DNA of 59,119 nt, counting the filler, from Sphacelaria rigidula (taxonomy: Eukaryota), in assembly GCA_964200075.2 (NCBI GenBank). It is 8 parts of 8 records of this genome, joined end to end, with 100 filler letters (N's around TTAATTAATTAA, not from the genome) between each part and the next. Parts side by side here need not be neighbours in the genome. Positions count along the whole stretch, not along the records: positions 1 to 7,303 come from CAXNAA020015535.1; positions 7,404 to 14,706 come from CAXNAA020015536.1; 6 more parts are not named here. One strand, 5' to 3'. Each line of letters starts with the position of its first letter. Position 1 is the stretch's first letter. The position numbers and the translations under genes are program-made. Of the stretch, positions 1-12,275 are shown one piece after another. The notes under the pieces were generated by a model. The model saw only the letters and a list, made by a program, of their open reading frames with translations. It was not told the origin of the DNA and did not search any database.

Positions 1-853
1 GAGTACGCCCCCCCCCCTCCCCCCCTCGTGTCCGCGGCATGATCATATTGTTCTTTTTTTTTAGTGTTACAATACTTGAACATGCATCAAATCGTTGAAC
101 GCGTTGACAAGTCAAGTCAAAGCCAAACTAAACCTCACCAAGGGGAAAAGTCCTCAACCGATATTCTTCACATTACGTCCTTTGCCTCCCGTTCCGAAAG
201 ATGAAGATACTGCGTGATAATCATGTGCGTCGCTCTCGATGGACTCCACCGTTCTTGATGTTCGTTTATCCCTGCTCACGTCCTGGTGCTGTCGTTGATT
301 GATCGAATTCGCTGCCCAACAACGGTCATAGCTGGCAGGCTTCCATCTTGCTGGAAAGCCAATCCCATCTGTCGTTCAAAAATTGCACGCGCCTGACAGC
401 TCATGAGCTACCCGAATGTCACCTCCCATTAGCGCACTGCCATCTCATATGACCTCTTTTCCCATATTTATTCCGTACAGCGCTGGACGCCGAGCACGCG
501 GTGTAACGCAAAGATAGCGCTTTGGCTTTTCCGACCCTGCTGTCACCTATTTTGTGTTTTTGGACGAGGGATCTAAGAGTTCTCTTGGATTAGATATTTT
601 TGTAGCTTATAAGCTATCCGACGCGAGAGAAATTGTCATGGTTTTTGCATTTAAGCTTCAGCGTTTTTCCAGTTTTTTTTTGTGTCGTTCTCTCCCGTTT
701 CCTCCGCAGCGGCGTGCGCCCGAGATCCAATAGCCAAAAAACAGCGTGCTGCTCTGTACGGACAGGTGGCTGCTTGCATCCCTCCGCTATTCTCAAGTGC
801 TTAATCTACTGGCTCCTGATCGGATTAGCCCCACATCCCCTTCCCCGCGTCAG

Positions 854-1104
854 GCCGGTTGTGCCTGACAGCATGGTCGTTGATTCGATGCATGTCGACT
901 CTGTGGGGCACACACTGCGATTTACTCTTGACCTGCATATTCCAAATCACACTATCCTCGAGCCTTCACTCCGAGTTGATTATGGTGATGAATCCGACGG
1001 AACATTACTCAGCGTTCAGCATCCCATGCGCAGAGAATCATACACGTTCAAAACGTGTACAAAACGACGGCTCTTACCCACGTTGAGAGCACCACTTGAC
1101 GCAA
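854..1104 (+). CDS. Possible internal exon of an unidentified gene (PVVPDSMVVDSMHVDSVGHTLRFTLDLHIPNHTILEPSLRVDYGDESDG...)
   Basis: Open frame bounded by a pyrimidine-rich tract plus CAG (851-853) and a GTGAGG donor (1105). No recognised homology. Confidence 0.25.
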
Positions 1105-1172
1105 GTGAGGGATCCGGGACTCGGGATATCTGCCGAAGGGGGTGTTATTGGGGATAAGTGTGTGATACGGAA

Positions 1173-2447
1173 TAGAGGTGGTCACCGGATCGGAAAATCG
1201 AATAACCGGTTACCGGATAAGGAGGCATTATTTTGAAAACAAAAACGGTCAAACCTGTTTTTTTCAGCCGGTTCAACCGGTTCACTGGTTTACCCGAATA
1301 AGCAAGGGGAAACGCCTCCAAATCATTGAAACGCAGGTGATTTCGGCGTTGTTGTCGTATGTTTAGTGTGTGATGGGTGATGGATACTCTCGAACACATC
1401 CATTGCCGGTAACTGCAAGGTTCGATCTCACACCTCCGCACTCCGCGCACCCATGCAACACCTGTCGAACTTTACAACACAGTGGCTGAAGACTGGTGAA
1501 GAAGAGTTTTATGCGTGATAGGAAATGGTGTTCGTGATTACGTGAACAGCTGCTGTTCAAATCTTGCACCTATTCCTACCAAACACAGGGTGTTGAACAT
1601 AGAAAATATACTCCGGAGCAGTAGATGGTAGTGGGAGCCTGAACCGTTCTTTTTCTCATTTCTTCGTCATCGGCAATTTTTTCGAGCTCTTCCACTTGTC
1701 ACCGCCCATCACATTGGGGATTTGAAGATACTTGAATCCGCTCCACATTCAATCCAAACAAAAATCATCTGTATCCAACACTGGGTGACTTACGGGCTGA
1801 CCGGTCATTGCGGGTCCTGCAATTTTTCAGCACAGGTTCTAACCCTTTGAAAATTTAGGTCGATCGAGCCTGTCCCGATCGTGGATGTAAAGAAATGTAC
1901 AGTTTTATTTTTTTGGAATTCTACCTACTCACTGCACCAGAGCCGAATAACTGTTTCACGGTCGAAAATACCCTCGTTATTAACGGGATATCTGCTCATA
2001 TCGCCCGATAATACTGTGTAACACTACCTGGGCACTATTTTTTTTAGGATATCCTGCTCATATCACCAAAATCTACCGACGCTAGCACTTTAGAGCTCTA
2101 TCGAAGGGTAGTACGCGAGAAACCGAAAACCTCCAAAACAACCCTGCACAGTTCAGGCGCCCAGTACTGTATGCACCTCACACCCCACCCGCCCCTGCGA
2201 GCTGACTCTATGTGTACGGTGTAAGGGTGACGTGTAGTGTGACTTGTAGCGTGTAGCGTGACGTGTCGTATGTCACGCCTTCGCTACGAGCTATAGGCAC
2301 CAATTTCAAAATTCGCAATTGAACCGGTTCAACAGGTTCACCGGAAAAATCGATTCACGGTTTTAACCGGCAAAACAAACTCCGTATTTTTATTTGCATA
2401 ACCGTAACCCGGTTATAACCGCTTTTTTTTTCAGGTGGACACCTCTA
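1173..2447. mobile_element. Non-autonomous hAT-like DNA transposon
   Basis: TIRs TAGAGGTGGTCACC (1173) and GGTGGACACCTCTA (ends 2447) match at 12/14. AACCGGTT-type subterminal repeats cluster at both ends. Degenerate 8-bp TSD ATACGGAA / GTATGGAA. Confidence 0.7.
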
Positions 2448-2589
2448 GTATGGAACAGTAAAACCAAAGTAATCACGCAAGGACGGACTACTTACTATTT
2501 GAACATAGTGAGGTATTTTCACGACTCCGGCGGTGAAGCACCAATCGAGCGCAGATTCGTTACGCACGTCCAACATCATATTCACCCCA

Positions 2590-3000
2590 GTGCCGTTTTC
2601 GCTGTTCTCCGTCGTTTTTCGCCCGAAGGAAAGGCCAGGTGGATGTTGACACCCTGGGATGACTTGCTCTATCCTCGAGACCGGTACCAGAGCACTTTTG
2701 CGTTTTGCGCAGATGGTAGTTTAGTTTTTGGCCAAGCTTGCATTTTCACAGCAAACGATCAATTAATTTATCCAACACTATATAGCTTCCAGCCTTTGTT
2801 TTGTGATCGGTTGACCGTTTTTTGTTGAAAATTCAAGCTATTAATAATAGGACAAACACAAAACTGCGACCCACGGAAAACGCAAAGGTGCCCTGCAAAC
2901 GGTCTTGGAGACTGGGACAAGTCATGAAATGTGTCAACAACCCTCCAGCGCTCTTCTCGGGGGGGAAACGACGAAGAGCCAAAAAGGTACTTTTCAACAG
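2590..3000. mobile_element. Degraded copy of the fold-back MITE at 13194-13665
   Basis: Shares TTCTCCGTCGTTTTT...GGATGTTGACACC...GACTTGCTCTA...CCAGAGCAC and the mirrored arm GACCCACGGAAAACGCA...CAAGTCAT with 13250-13620. Confidence 0.7.
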
Positions 3001-3020
3001 GAACATTTTTTTTACCTTAA

Positions 3021-3117
3021 CCCTTAAACCGCGAGGTTAGTCTTCTGTTGAATCGGCATCAATTTCAAGTGGAAAAAATATGCATGATCCAGAAAGACTA
3101 ATCTCGCGGTCTAAGGG
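3021..3117. mobile_element. 97-bp piggyBac-type MITE
   Basis: TTAA on both sides (3017-3020, 3118-3121), CCC...GGG termini, and TIR CCCTTAAACCGCGAGGTTAGTCTT / AAGACTAATCTCGCGGTCTAAGGG. Confidence 0.8.
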
Positions 3118-4017
3118 TTAAGTGACCTTGGCGCTTATTCGATCTAGAAAATGCTGTGCAAATCAAGAATTCCGATCTGACATGCCGTGATTTCAACCAT
3201 CGTCAACATGAGTTACGATAGTTGAAGTCACGACCTATCAGATGGGCGTTTTGCTTCTCCGCCGCACATTTTCAATGGGAAAATTTAGTGTCGAGACTCT
3301 TCAGTACGTACACACCTATTTATATATGTGCGGGTCACAAAAACAAAAACACAGGACAGCAGACAGTAACGGCCACTTCTGCCACCTGTTTTTTCTTTTT
3401 CAACATTTTGCGAAAAATAGTCAAGTGTGAGTCGGACACTGCGGTACAGCAAGAATTTACTCCTCTCAGCATGATGCGTTGTGACACAGCCGCATGTGTT
3501 AGTATCAGTCCACAGCAAGCACCGAATCCATGGCCATGTTACCCATAGCCTCTGTCGTGTGCGGTGCTACTTCGCCAACGCACGCTTCCCGTCGATAGGC
3601 AAGCAAAAGGTGAAAAATACAAGGTGCAAGGTGCAAGGTGCAGGGTACATCCACCGATCGATCCGCCGCTTGATTTGCCTTGTGCCTTGCCATGTACAGA
3701 AAATGACCAACGGCGAGGACGAGTTCTCTGCATGCGCTAATGGTGGTGTAGTAATAACTGGAAATGGATCAGAAATCTACTACTGTGTGTACATTGTCAT
3801 CACTCCGCCTACTGCGTACGCTGCCATCGCCGGCCGTTCAAGATGGGAAGCCACAATAGGCGAAGCCATTGCTTTGCCACTCAGTTTTTGTGTGCTTTTG
3901 TAGCCCCGTTTTGGGCTGGTATGCGTATTGTTGTTGCAGTTTGTGCTGCAGTTAGAGTTTGTTCCAATGCTTTCCCCCACGTGTTCTTCATCATTTAGCG
4001 TTTATCTCCGGTTTATC

Positions 4018-4910
4018 ATAACCCATTGACCGCGAGGGTGAGGTTACCTGCGGAATGGGCATCACCTTCACTTGAAATAAGTATGTCGATCCAGACGGAC
4101 TACCTACATCGCGATGCAAGGGTCAACCCTTGGGCCGCAATTGTAAATTAGGTCACCTGCTGAATCGGCATCAGTAACACTTGAAAAAAACGTGCTTAAT
4201 CCAGATGGACTATTCGCGGGTCTAAGGAGGCAACACATGAGGCGTCAGACTTTGACCATGCGGGAATAGGTCACCTGCTGAATCGGCATCAATCTTACTT
4301 GAAGAAAGTATGCGTGATTCAGATGGACTATCCGCATCGCGGTCCAAGGGTTGAGCTTGGTTTGTATATGCTACTGTATATGCATACCTTTTTCAAGTGA
4401 AACTGATGCCGATTCAACAGATCAACCCATTCACCGCGAGGGTAGCTCATGTGTTGCATTGACATATTGTACACGTGGAATGATGCCGATTCAAGGTATC
4501 GCGCACCCTCTCGGCCCTTAGAGTGGGTCATCTGCTGAATCCGCATCAATTTCGCTTGAACGAGTATGATTGAGGTAAAGCACCCTCGCTGTCCAAGGGT
4601 CGAGGGTAAGCGAAAGATTCAGTGAACCTGCCCGTATATCCGCCATATCCAGGTGCGAAGTGTAGAGATAGCACAAGCCAGCCAGTTGTCCGGCGACGTG
4701 ATACACGATCCAAACTTTCCCTTTTCCCACCAAAAACGCATATTTAAATTTAGAAGAGCACCTTAACCCTTCGGGAACTAGACCCCCAGGGATTGCTGAT
4801 TTTTTGTTTTGGTGAATCGGCATCATTTTCATTCATTTTCAAGTAAATGTGATGCCGATTCACGAAGATTCACAAAACAAGAATAAGCGCTTGAGTTCCC
4901 AAAGGGTTAA
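4018..4910. repeat. Cluster of about 6-7 diverged ~100-bp piggyBac-type MITE copies in both orientations
   Basis: The motif ACCGCGAGG...TGAATCGGCATCA...CTTGAA...GATCCAGA(T/C)GGACTA...CGCGGTC(T/C)AAGGG recurs at about 4021, 4127, 4265, 4400 (inverted) and 4515. A variant TTAACCCTTCGGGAACT...AGTTCCCAAAGGGTTAA spans 4763-4910. Confidence 0.75.
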
Positions 4911-6721
4911 TGCAACGGGAATTATTCCTCAATGTGGCGGCTTCCAAGATGGAATGACAACATGACACATGACACGTGACATATTTCGGCCGTCCCAAGA
5001 ATGACGGAGCAGCGATGGTCATGCACTTTCGAGCTCTTCCCACAGGGTACGGTCGTCCGAAGAGACGTCAAGTGTTCCGATTTCCGAAAAGCCCTGACTC
5101 TGTGCGCGGCGGCTCGGGTACCGAATTTGCCCGCCACAGATGGTAACCTCGTAACCTTCTGATGGTTGAGTTGTGGAGTTCGATTCCCGGAGTGATCTGG
5201 GATTTTTTCTTGCCCGACAGTGGAGAGCGACTTTGTCGTTGGTACACAAAATGCGACTCAACGGTCCACGAGGGAAAGGGACTGCTGAACCCCTCCCGCG
5301 AGTAAAAAATAATGGCAAGCCCCGCAGAAGGAAGGTGAGGTACTAAAAACAAATAAAGAAGAAAAAAACTCCTGTGTTGACCTTCCTCCTGTGACCCCGG
5401 CTGATGCGCCCACATATCCCGAAAAGGGTAGACTGGCGCCCAAAACAAATGGGACGACAACACACACACAGCACACAACACACAGATGGCCGATTTAAAA
5501 GTAGAGTAGCGCGCAACGAGTCCCAGCAATGAAATGGCATGCAAGTCAACGCTGTAATAGAGCCGTGCATGCAAAAACCCTACGGCCGACGGTAACCGAT
5601 CGAGGCGGGAGAAAACGGCTGTATAATAGCGCTTGTTTTGTAACGGTGTCGTCAATGTCAGGCACCTGCACAATACATTGAGTGTTCAACGGACGCATGT
5701 ACGCAGACAGCAAGATAAGTAAAGCACACTGTCGCGCAGTAGGCTAAATTGCACCAGGCGCTGTATACGTAGCACACTACGGTAGAACTATTCTCGTCCC
5801 CGATGAAACCGTTTCACATCCGGGCCGAACCGTGCAGCAATAGGTAGACTCTGAAAAAAGTGTTTGTACTTTGATGCTCCTCCTGTGCTGTGTGCTGTGT
5901 GCTGTGTGCTGTGTGCTGTGAAGTGTTGAACTCGTTGCCACAATTCTCCCTAACCAATAAAGAAAAAAAACGAAGGGGTGTGGGACACTGCATAATCCAA
6001 CGGACGGCACACTAAACTACCGACAGCGTAGATAAAATCGTGGAGCACTGGTGTTTGGTTTGTGCGTCACTTTCTGATATGTCAATATGTTGTGCCGCTC
6101 TGTCCGCGCACGTGATCACGTATGTTGGACGTTGTGCAAGCACCCGCCATCGACCGCACTACTACTACTACTAGCACTATTTTCCCGCCTGTTTCTCCGC
6201 CTCGATGGTTAGGGTCAACGTCGGTCGTGGGGTTTTCCCTGCGCGATTCGTCCAGGACGTTGACGCGCATGAGTCTTCTTCGCTGATGGTCGTTACGTAC
6301 TATTCCGTTTGTCTTGGGTACCCGTCATACGTCGCGGGAAAAAATGTAACCGAGCCTCGGCGCACAAGAGTCGACTGTCGTTCGGAGATCGGAACACATG
6401 TCGTTCTTCTGGGCGAGAGTACCTTGTGGGATGAACTCGAAAGTGCACGATTGACGGTGTTTTGTCACTGGACACGTCGTGTTTCATCCCCTTGGAAGTC
6501 GCAACATTCCGAACAAGTATATCCCCCCACAATCTTGGAAAGAAGGACCCGCCCACGCTTTATCCTGGGATCTTTTCACAGATTCTTCCCGTCGTGGTCA
6601 CATTTTTTGGGGGCTTGTGTAGCAAGGACGGCAATGGAAAGGCGAGCCTACGTCTGTGACCACGGGTTCGCGAGATCAGACGAATGTGCGGAAATAATAA
6701 TAATAATGAATAATGTGGAGG

Positions 6722-7025
6722 TTAGTTCACCACTCGGGACGGGTGAAAAACTTCTCGGAATTTTATGATATGAATTAACACTACCCTAACACTATAACCC
6801 AAACCCCAACGGAGGCATACCGAGAGCCCTTCGGCAAGGGGGGTGGTAAGTTCTACCTAGGCAAAGTGTTCGTTGCCAAACCTCAAATCGGCGCCCCAGG
6901 CGCCGATTTAAACAAAATCGCGTTCTGCGCACCATAGGAGCACAGCCCCCATTAAAGATCCGGACTTCGGTGTCCACACTAAAGTCAAGGCGGACGAACT
7001 TTCCCGTCCCAAGTGATGAAACTAC
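6722..7025. mobile_element. TIR element with internal CCCTAA-like motifs, possibly related to the Ginger-like MITEs
   Basis: TAGTTCACCACTCGGGACGGG pairs as an inverted repeat with CCCGTCCCAAGTGATGAAACTACA. Internal ACCCTAACACTATAACCCAAACCCC. Confidence 0.45.
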
Positions 7026-7031
7026 ACTGCC

Positions 7032-7173
7032 GGTCGTCCCGGTGGCTCAGGTGGTAACCTCGAAAAATTCTGACGGTTGGATCGCGGGTTCGAATCTCGG
7101 AGTGATGTGGATTTTTTCTCACACCATGCCCAACAGTGGAGAGCGACTATGTCGTGGGTACCCAAACTTCGAC
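7032..7173 (+). mobile_element. SINE-like repeat with a tRNA-derived head; other copies at ~5130-5262 (+) and ~31690-31852 (-)
   Basis: A-box-like TGGCTCAGGTGG and B-box GGTTCGAATC, followed by a conserved body TTTTTTC...ACAGTGGAGAGCGACT. There is no intact cloverleaf. Confidence 0.55.
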
Positions 7174-7177
7174 TTAA

Positions 7178-7303
7178 CCCCTAGACGGCGAGAGTAGGTC
7201 ATGTGTGGAATCGGCATCAATTAAACTTGACAAAAGTATGTATGGTCCAGGAAGACTACCCTCGCGGTCTAAGGGTTAATCCTTAGACCGCGAGGTTAGT
7301 CTT
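7178..7303. mobile_element. Two abutting piggyBac-type MITE copies sharing one TTAA; the second is cut by the contig end
   Basis: TTAA(7174) CCCCTAGACGGCGAG...CTCGCGGTCTAAGGG TTAA(7276) TCCTTAGACCGCGAGGTTAGTCTT. Confidence 0.8.
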
Positions 7304-7403
7304 NNNNNNNNNNNNNNNNNNNNNNNNNNNNNNNNNNNNNNNNNNNNTTAATTAATTAANNNNNNNNNNNNNNNNNNNNNNNNNNNNNNNNNNNNNNNNN
7401 NNN
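7304..7403. other. Artificial contig-joining spacer (N44-TTAATTAATTAA-N44); identical spacers at 14707-14806, 22110-22209, 29513-29612, 36915-37014, 44317-44416, 51719-51818
   Basis: Each spacer is exactly 100 bp with a central linker that puts stops in all six frames. The intervening contigs are 7303/7303/7303/7303/7302/7302/7302/7301 bp, in descending size order. Confidence 0.97.
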
Positions 7404-8199
7404 GGCAATCAGGCCGAAGAAATCGTGAATTTGGTGATTTTGAGTCGTGATGATTTGTCCTAACCGTGAAAGGATACAAAGCAGGTGCACCACAATAAAA
7501 ATCACAAAAACGACAGGGGAGTAGGAATTCGTGTACGTTGCAGGCAGACTTTACAAACCTGTCCAAGACATAAAACAGCCCATAGGCATCGTTATCTTCA
7601 CCGAGCACGTAAACCACGCACCTTCCTTATGTCACCTATTATGCTTACGCGACCGTCCGCCGCGCCCTAGTGTACCAGCCCCCAGAACATGGAAAAAAAA
7701 GCAAAAAAAAAAGCATGGGCGAACAAGCATGGTTCACAAGGGAGGGAGGGTAATGACGGAGCGACAAAGGTTGAACGGCTAAAGGGAGGCTTGGACAATG
7801 ACACTTGGGCGTTGCTTCCCTCGAGATGTCACTTGGTTAATAAACCAGAACTGTACCCGCTGCCACAGGAAATAAAATTCCTTCTCGTCGCCGAGAACAC
7901 TGCGTTCAAGCCGAGAAAAGCATTGCTTCCCGAAACTATTCCTCGTGAATAACTCAACTCAACCAAAAACGTGTCTACATGAAAGGACAAGAGGTAATGG
8001 GAGCGCCACCGGACGTGGGTGATACGATAGCAGTGATGGTTAAGGACTGCAAGCATCTTCTCAAGGTAAGCTTTGAGGTGCAAGAAGCTGAACACCATTT
8101 TACGAGTGGCGATAGTGCATAAACTGTCGTAAGATAATGAGATTACTTCACGCCCATCACTTGAAGGGATTGAATATTGCTCGGATTTTCCCGGGACAC

Positions 8200-9240
8200 T
8201 TGACGTCACACGTCACACTATCGTTACACGTAACAAACGTCACGTGACAACGGTGAGACGTGATGTGACGTATTTTTCCAAGACGTCACAAATGTGACGT
8301 GACGTGACGTCATTATTGAGACGTAACATCAACGTATTTTGAAAAGTTTTTCGTGACGTGTGACGTACTTTTTACGTCACATGTTTGAGACATCTAAATG
8401 AAAGTCATGAACGCCACACACTCAACTCGTACTACAATTAGTGTAACATTCATGGGCACATACATGAACACACATGTGATGTATGATATGATATGATATG
8501 ATACATAAATTGAAGAAGAGTGTACATACGCATCATAATATGCACGGGATGTAAGCACACGTCCAGCGACACAGCATGCACCGCCCCTCACCAAACCTAC
8601 CTTAGCACACGTGAATATCAGGGCACTTATCGTTGGACGTCACACTAGCGTTAGACGTCATAAACCTCACGCCACAACGGTGTGACGTGACGGACGTGAC
8701 GTATTTGTTTCGAGACAATACATACCGAGATTGCCATGGTTTGATATCTTGCGAAATGTCAACCGACAACCAGGTATCACCAACGTATGATCCGTACACA
8801 CTTGTGGATGTATACGTCATGGGGCCTGTGCGCAATTTTTCATCTCACTATCTTATCATCGTGCATCAAGAGTGTTAACATGTAATCCTTCGGGTTCGCA
8901 ACGTGAGAGTCAGGGACGCATGAACGATGCCCTTCCTGAAGAAGCATCGTTACAAATGTCAGGATTGCCATCACAACACGCCTCATGCTCGAACAAGACA
9001 GCCACCGTGAACCTCCCGTACCAAGTTACGTTACACGAAACGTCACAACGTCGTACGTAACCTTAAATTGCACTCCACACGGTCAAAGTGTATCGTTACA
9101 AATGACGACACGCGTCAAAACGTAGCGTTTTATATTAAGTCACACGTCACACATAAACGTTTCAAAATACTTCATTGTGAGGTGACGTGGGGTATTATGT
9201 TGTAGAGTAGAAGTGTGACGTGACGTGGCATTACGTATTA
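8200..9240. repeat. Region dense in GTCAC/GTGAC(GT) motifs; probable subterminal repeats of a decayed DNA transposon
   Basis: Many GTGACGT/ACGTCAC words cluster at 8200-8390, 8635-8705 and 9020-9230. Termini were not resolved. Confidence 0.45.
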
Positions 9241-10031
9241 TTACTGAGAATAAGCGCAGGATGAGGACCGGCAGTAGGAGAAACGAACACGAACAAAGTG
9301 ACTTTAGCGGCGGTGGTGGTCTACTCCCGCCCACGAGATGACCTAACCGTCCGCTATGTCACGACTCCTAGCACCTTCCTCAAAGCCAAATCTCAGGATT
9401 TCTTCGACCACTCTTGGGGGGCGACATCGAAGTCGAAGACTTGGGGTTCATCATCCGACATGTCAGCCTGCAGAGGCAGCAGCCACACTCCACTGTTTTC
9501 CACGTGTAAACCCTCGACCTCCTCAACTCCAGTTTAGACGCACAATTTAGTGAAAATAGGACATAAACATGGAAAACATCGTTACCACGCATCTGCTGCG
9601 CATCACACTTGCGCAAAAGGCACCACCGCAAGCACATTGCCATCACAGTACAATATTATCAAGTGATCAAGCACTTGATAATATTTCAGCACACATGGCA
9701 AAATAGCGCACGAGGGGGTGAAGTGCCCACACTTCTCTCATACATGGCCGAAGGCTGCCGCACGCCTTGTGGCTCACAAATCTTAGATGTGTGAAAGTCA
9801 CGCCAACCACCCATGTTCATTTTGTGTCCATCTATGCCGACAAAAATCATCCTCCAAAGACACGCCTCGACTAATCTTGAAACCACCCTTCGAAAATATT
9901 CGTCGGAGCCAATTTATAAGCTGGCATTGCCCATGTAATCGAAAGAACGAGACTATTTCCACCACTATTCCGATAGTGGGACGGGAAAATTCCGCATGAC
10001 TTGTTCTCAGTTACAGCCATCGACGACCCAC

Positions 10032-10173
10032 CTTAAAGGAGGCCGACGTTACGGTAAGGCTGGCACGCGAGTCCGCCTTGAGGTCTCCCGTGTGCGCACT
10101 CATGGAACTGAAGGCGAAAAGAGGTCGTCCTTTCTCGTCCAATCCGAACCCGACCACCGAGCCGCTTGGATAC
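10032..10173 (-). CDS. Exon of the HOZ/HugZ-like gene (GYPSGSVVGFGLDEKGRPLFAFSSMSAHTGDLKADSRASLTVTSASFK)
   Basis: TTTTTGCAG acceptor and GTGGGT donor, 142 nt. GYPxGSxV...GxP...SxxxxHTxDL...SL is the characteristic HugZ/PNPOx-like barrel motif. Downstream exons were not found in this contig. Confidence 0.9.
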
Positions 10174-10807
10174 CTGCAAAAAGTACGAAATTACGCGGAC
10201 GTCGTCATATCCTCCCGTGCACTTGTATTGTACCTTCGACTCCCTAAATTTATTGGCACAATGTTCTAGTCACAGGGGATGAACACGTTCATTTCCTGGC
10301 GCCTGCCTTCTCCTTTACTCTTCAGTACGAGACACCAGCGCTCCCACCGCCCGTTGACTTACACCGAATGGGGGACCGAAGCAGTTCAGTCAACAGACTA
10401 GAACACTGGTGTTCAAGGCACATTATATACATGTCAATTCCGCTTTGAAACCATTGCACGCATAACGCCGTCACGGACGGTTTCTGTCGGCCATTTTTTC
10501 CTAGTACCACCGCAAAGACTGAAATCCGCGCAGGCTCAAAAGCGCCGCCGTCGAGCCACCCACGGTGCGATTCGACACCATGAACAACAAGTGAAGTGCT
10601 CAAAGTGCTGTACAAGATCATTTTCATGTACTTCGAGCTTTACACAAACACCGCTTCACTTCACCGTCGCGTTTAGAGCAATTGATGTGTGCAGTGCACA
10701 AACCCCAACCATCGTGGGTGAGGAATGCCTCGCCACATAGAGTTGCGGTCCTGTACCATTATTCGAACACTCCTGGTGGAAAATTGCCGGTGAACACAAG
10801 GGCTTCC

Positions 10808-10882
10808 CGGGGGGGCGTGCTCATTTGTTACTTGGTTTAGCCGTTTCGGTATCGACCACGCATCCCTTTCGAGACGGAGCAC
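10808..10882 (+). repeat. ~70-bp dispersed repeat (GGGGGCGT(A/G)CTCATTTG...TTGACCACGCATCCCTTTCGAGACGGAGC); copies at 14640-14706, 16208-16280, 46345-46412, 59083-59119 (-) and probably 1-17 (-)
   Basis: The near-identical core ACCACGCATCCCTTTCGAGACG occurs on four different contigs. Confidence 0.8.
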
Positions 10883-11059
10883 CGTTCCCGCTACTAGTAG
10901 AGACACCTTCAATATCTGGGCGTTCACTAGGTTTCTTCCATAGATTACGAAAAAACCTTCGACATATCTCATCCCCTCCCCTATTCGCCCATGGTCGCGC
11001 GCGGGGGAGGGGGAGGGGGGATGTCTATCGCGTGCTACCAACCAACAGGAATCGCTCAC

Positions 11060-11129
11060 CCTTCTATAGTCCTGGAGTTAGTGCTGAGCGTCGCGAAGCC
11101 AGTGCTGTATTGCATCAAGTTCCGCACCT
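11060..11129 (-). CDS. Exon of the HOZ/HugZ-like gene (EVRNLMQYSTGFATLSTNSRTIEG)
   Basis: TAG acceptor and GTGAGC donor, 70 nt. Phases join cleanly to give TE-E-VRNL...IE-G-YPSGS. Carries the G-x-x-x-LST motif of the family. Confidence 0.85.
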
Positions 11130-11647
11130 CTATCGAGAAGACACGGCAACACACAGGATACGGCGAAGGACAGCAATTGGATTGCCATTTCAGCGGTGTC
11201 AAGGGTTTCACGTTGAGGGCCTCTTGGCCTCTGGTGGTCGCTCTACAAAGCAGAGATGCCTGGAGCGCTACAGGAACAAACAAAATGACGGGCGCTGATA
11301 GCCGGCTTTCGGCATGGCGGTGATTGCGACGGCTTTTAGCAAATAGGCGCATTTACAGTGCCTCATGTTCAACTCGTTGCGGCTTGCTCATACACCATGC
11401 TTGTACAGCGACATACGAAAAGAGCAAACGAAGAAATTAGGAAGTGACCCTGACCGTCCGAAAGCTTATTGATCCGTCATCAAGATCCATCTTTTTAGGG
11501 TTTGGGCCTCTTCCGCTGTTGTATCGAATGACACCATTTTGCCGGCATAACATCCGTTCGAGATCAGAGTGCACACGGTGGGGGGGGGGGGGGTGCTTTC
11601 TAGCATACTTGCGACCGAGCGGTACAGCACAGTGTTGATAACAACAC

Positions 11648-11947
11648 CTTCTGTTTTGGACAAACGAGCAGCCGCCTGCTGATGCTCCTGGATCCTTGCA
11701 GACAAGGCCGCTTCCTCGGGTGTAGGCTCCTTGCCCATGCCTGAAGGGGGGCTATGCCCCCCGCCCCCCTTCTTTTCTCCTTCATCGCTTTTTGCAGAGT
11801 CCATTCTCGTGCGACGTTGCCCGCGGGTCGGCGCGGATGATGGGGAAAACACAGAGTTTCTCGTTGGCCCCGGCGCAGACAGGGCGGGGGTGGGAAGCCG
11901 CGAACCCCGTGCCAGGCTCACAGGCGCGCAGGACAGGCGCGCGCAGC
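11648..11947 (-). CDS. Exon of a HOZ/HugZ-like heme-binding split-barrel protein (pyridoxamine 5'-phosphate oxidase-like family); N-terminal region
   Basis: CAG acceptor and GT donor, 300 nt, phase 1/1. Ends ...ARIQEHQQAAARLSKTE, resembling plant HOZ 'IQAHQEKAARLSPVEEIRT'. The S/R/P-rich start looks like a transit peptide. Confidence 0.8.
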
Positions 11948-12275
11948 CTGCTTATATGCATGTCATGAGTGTGTGTACGTGCAAATGAGAACGAGAGACG
12001 AAGAAGACGAACAGTCAGTTTTCGTTGTGTTTTTCGGTGTTTCACTTGTGGTTTCGCGAGGAACAGCGTGGTGCACGACTTGGAACACTTGATGGACTGG
12101 GAATGACGACGTACGTTCGCTGCGGGTCTGTGGAATTGACCCTTCAGGCCGCTCCGCAGGGAAAGCCCTCTGACGGCCAACGTTCTCTCGACGCACACAA
12201 GGTAGATTCAAATCTCGAGAATGTCATGACTCCCCAGAATGTAGGAAATAAAGTGACTTGGCGTTCTCTCAGTAC

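Noticed and set aside
4018-4610. CRISPR-like repeat-spacer array
   Set aside because: The repeats are whole diverged MITE copies with TIRs and TTAA ends, in mixed orientation.
7035-7110. Functional tRNA genes here and at 29741-29825 and 31780-31852
   Set aside because: A and B boxes are present, but the acceptor and anticodon stems do not pair properly and the sequences continue into repeat bodies.
7348-7359. TTAATTAATTAA as a biological motif, and ORFs ending in ...XXXLIN
   Set aside because: It is a synthetic linker inside N-runs. ORFs crossing it are artefacts.
9390-9468. Next exon of the HOZ-like gene (ADMSDDEPQVFDFDVAPQEWSKKS*)
   Set aside because: The acceptor is plausible, but the peptide does not resemble the expected continuation of the barrel (R.TL.G).
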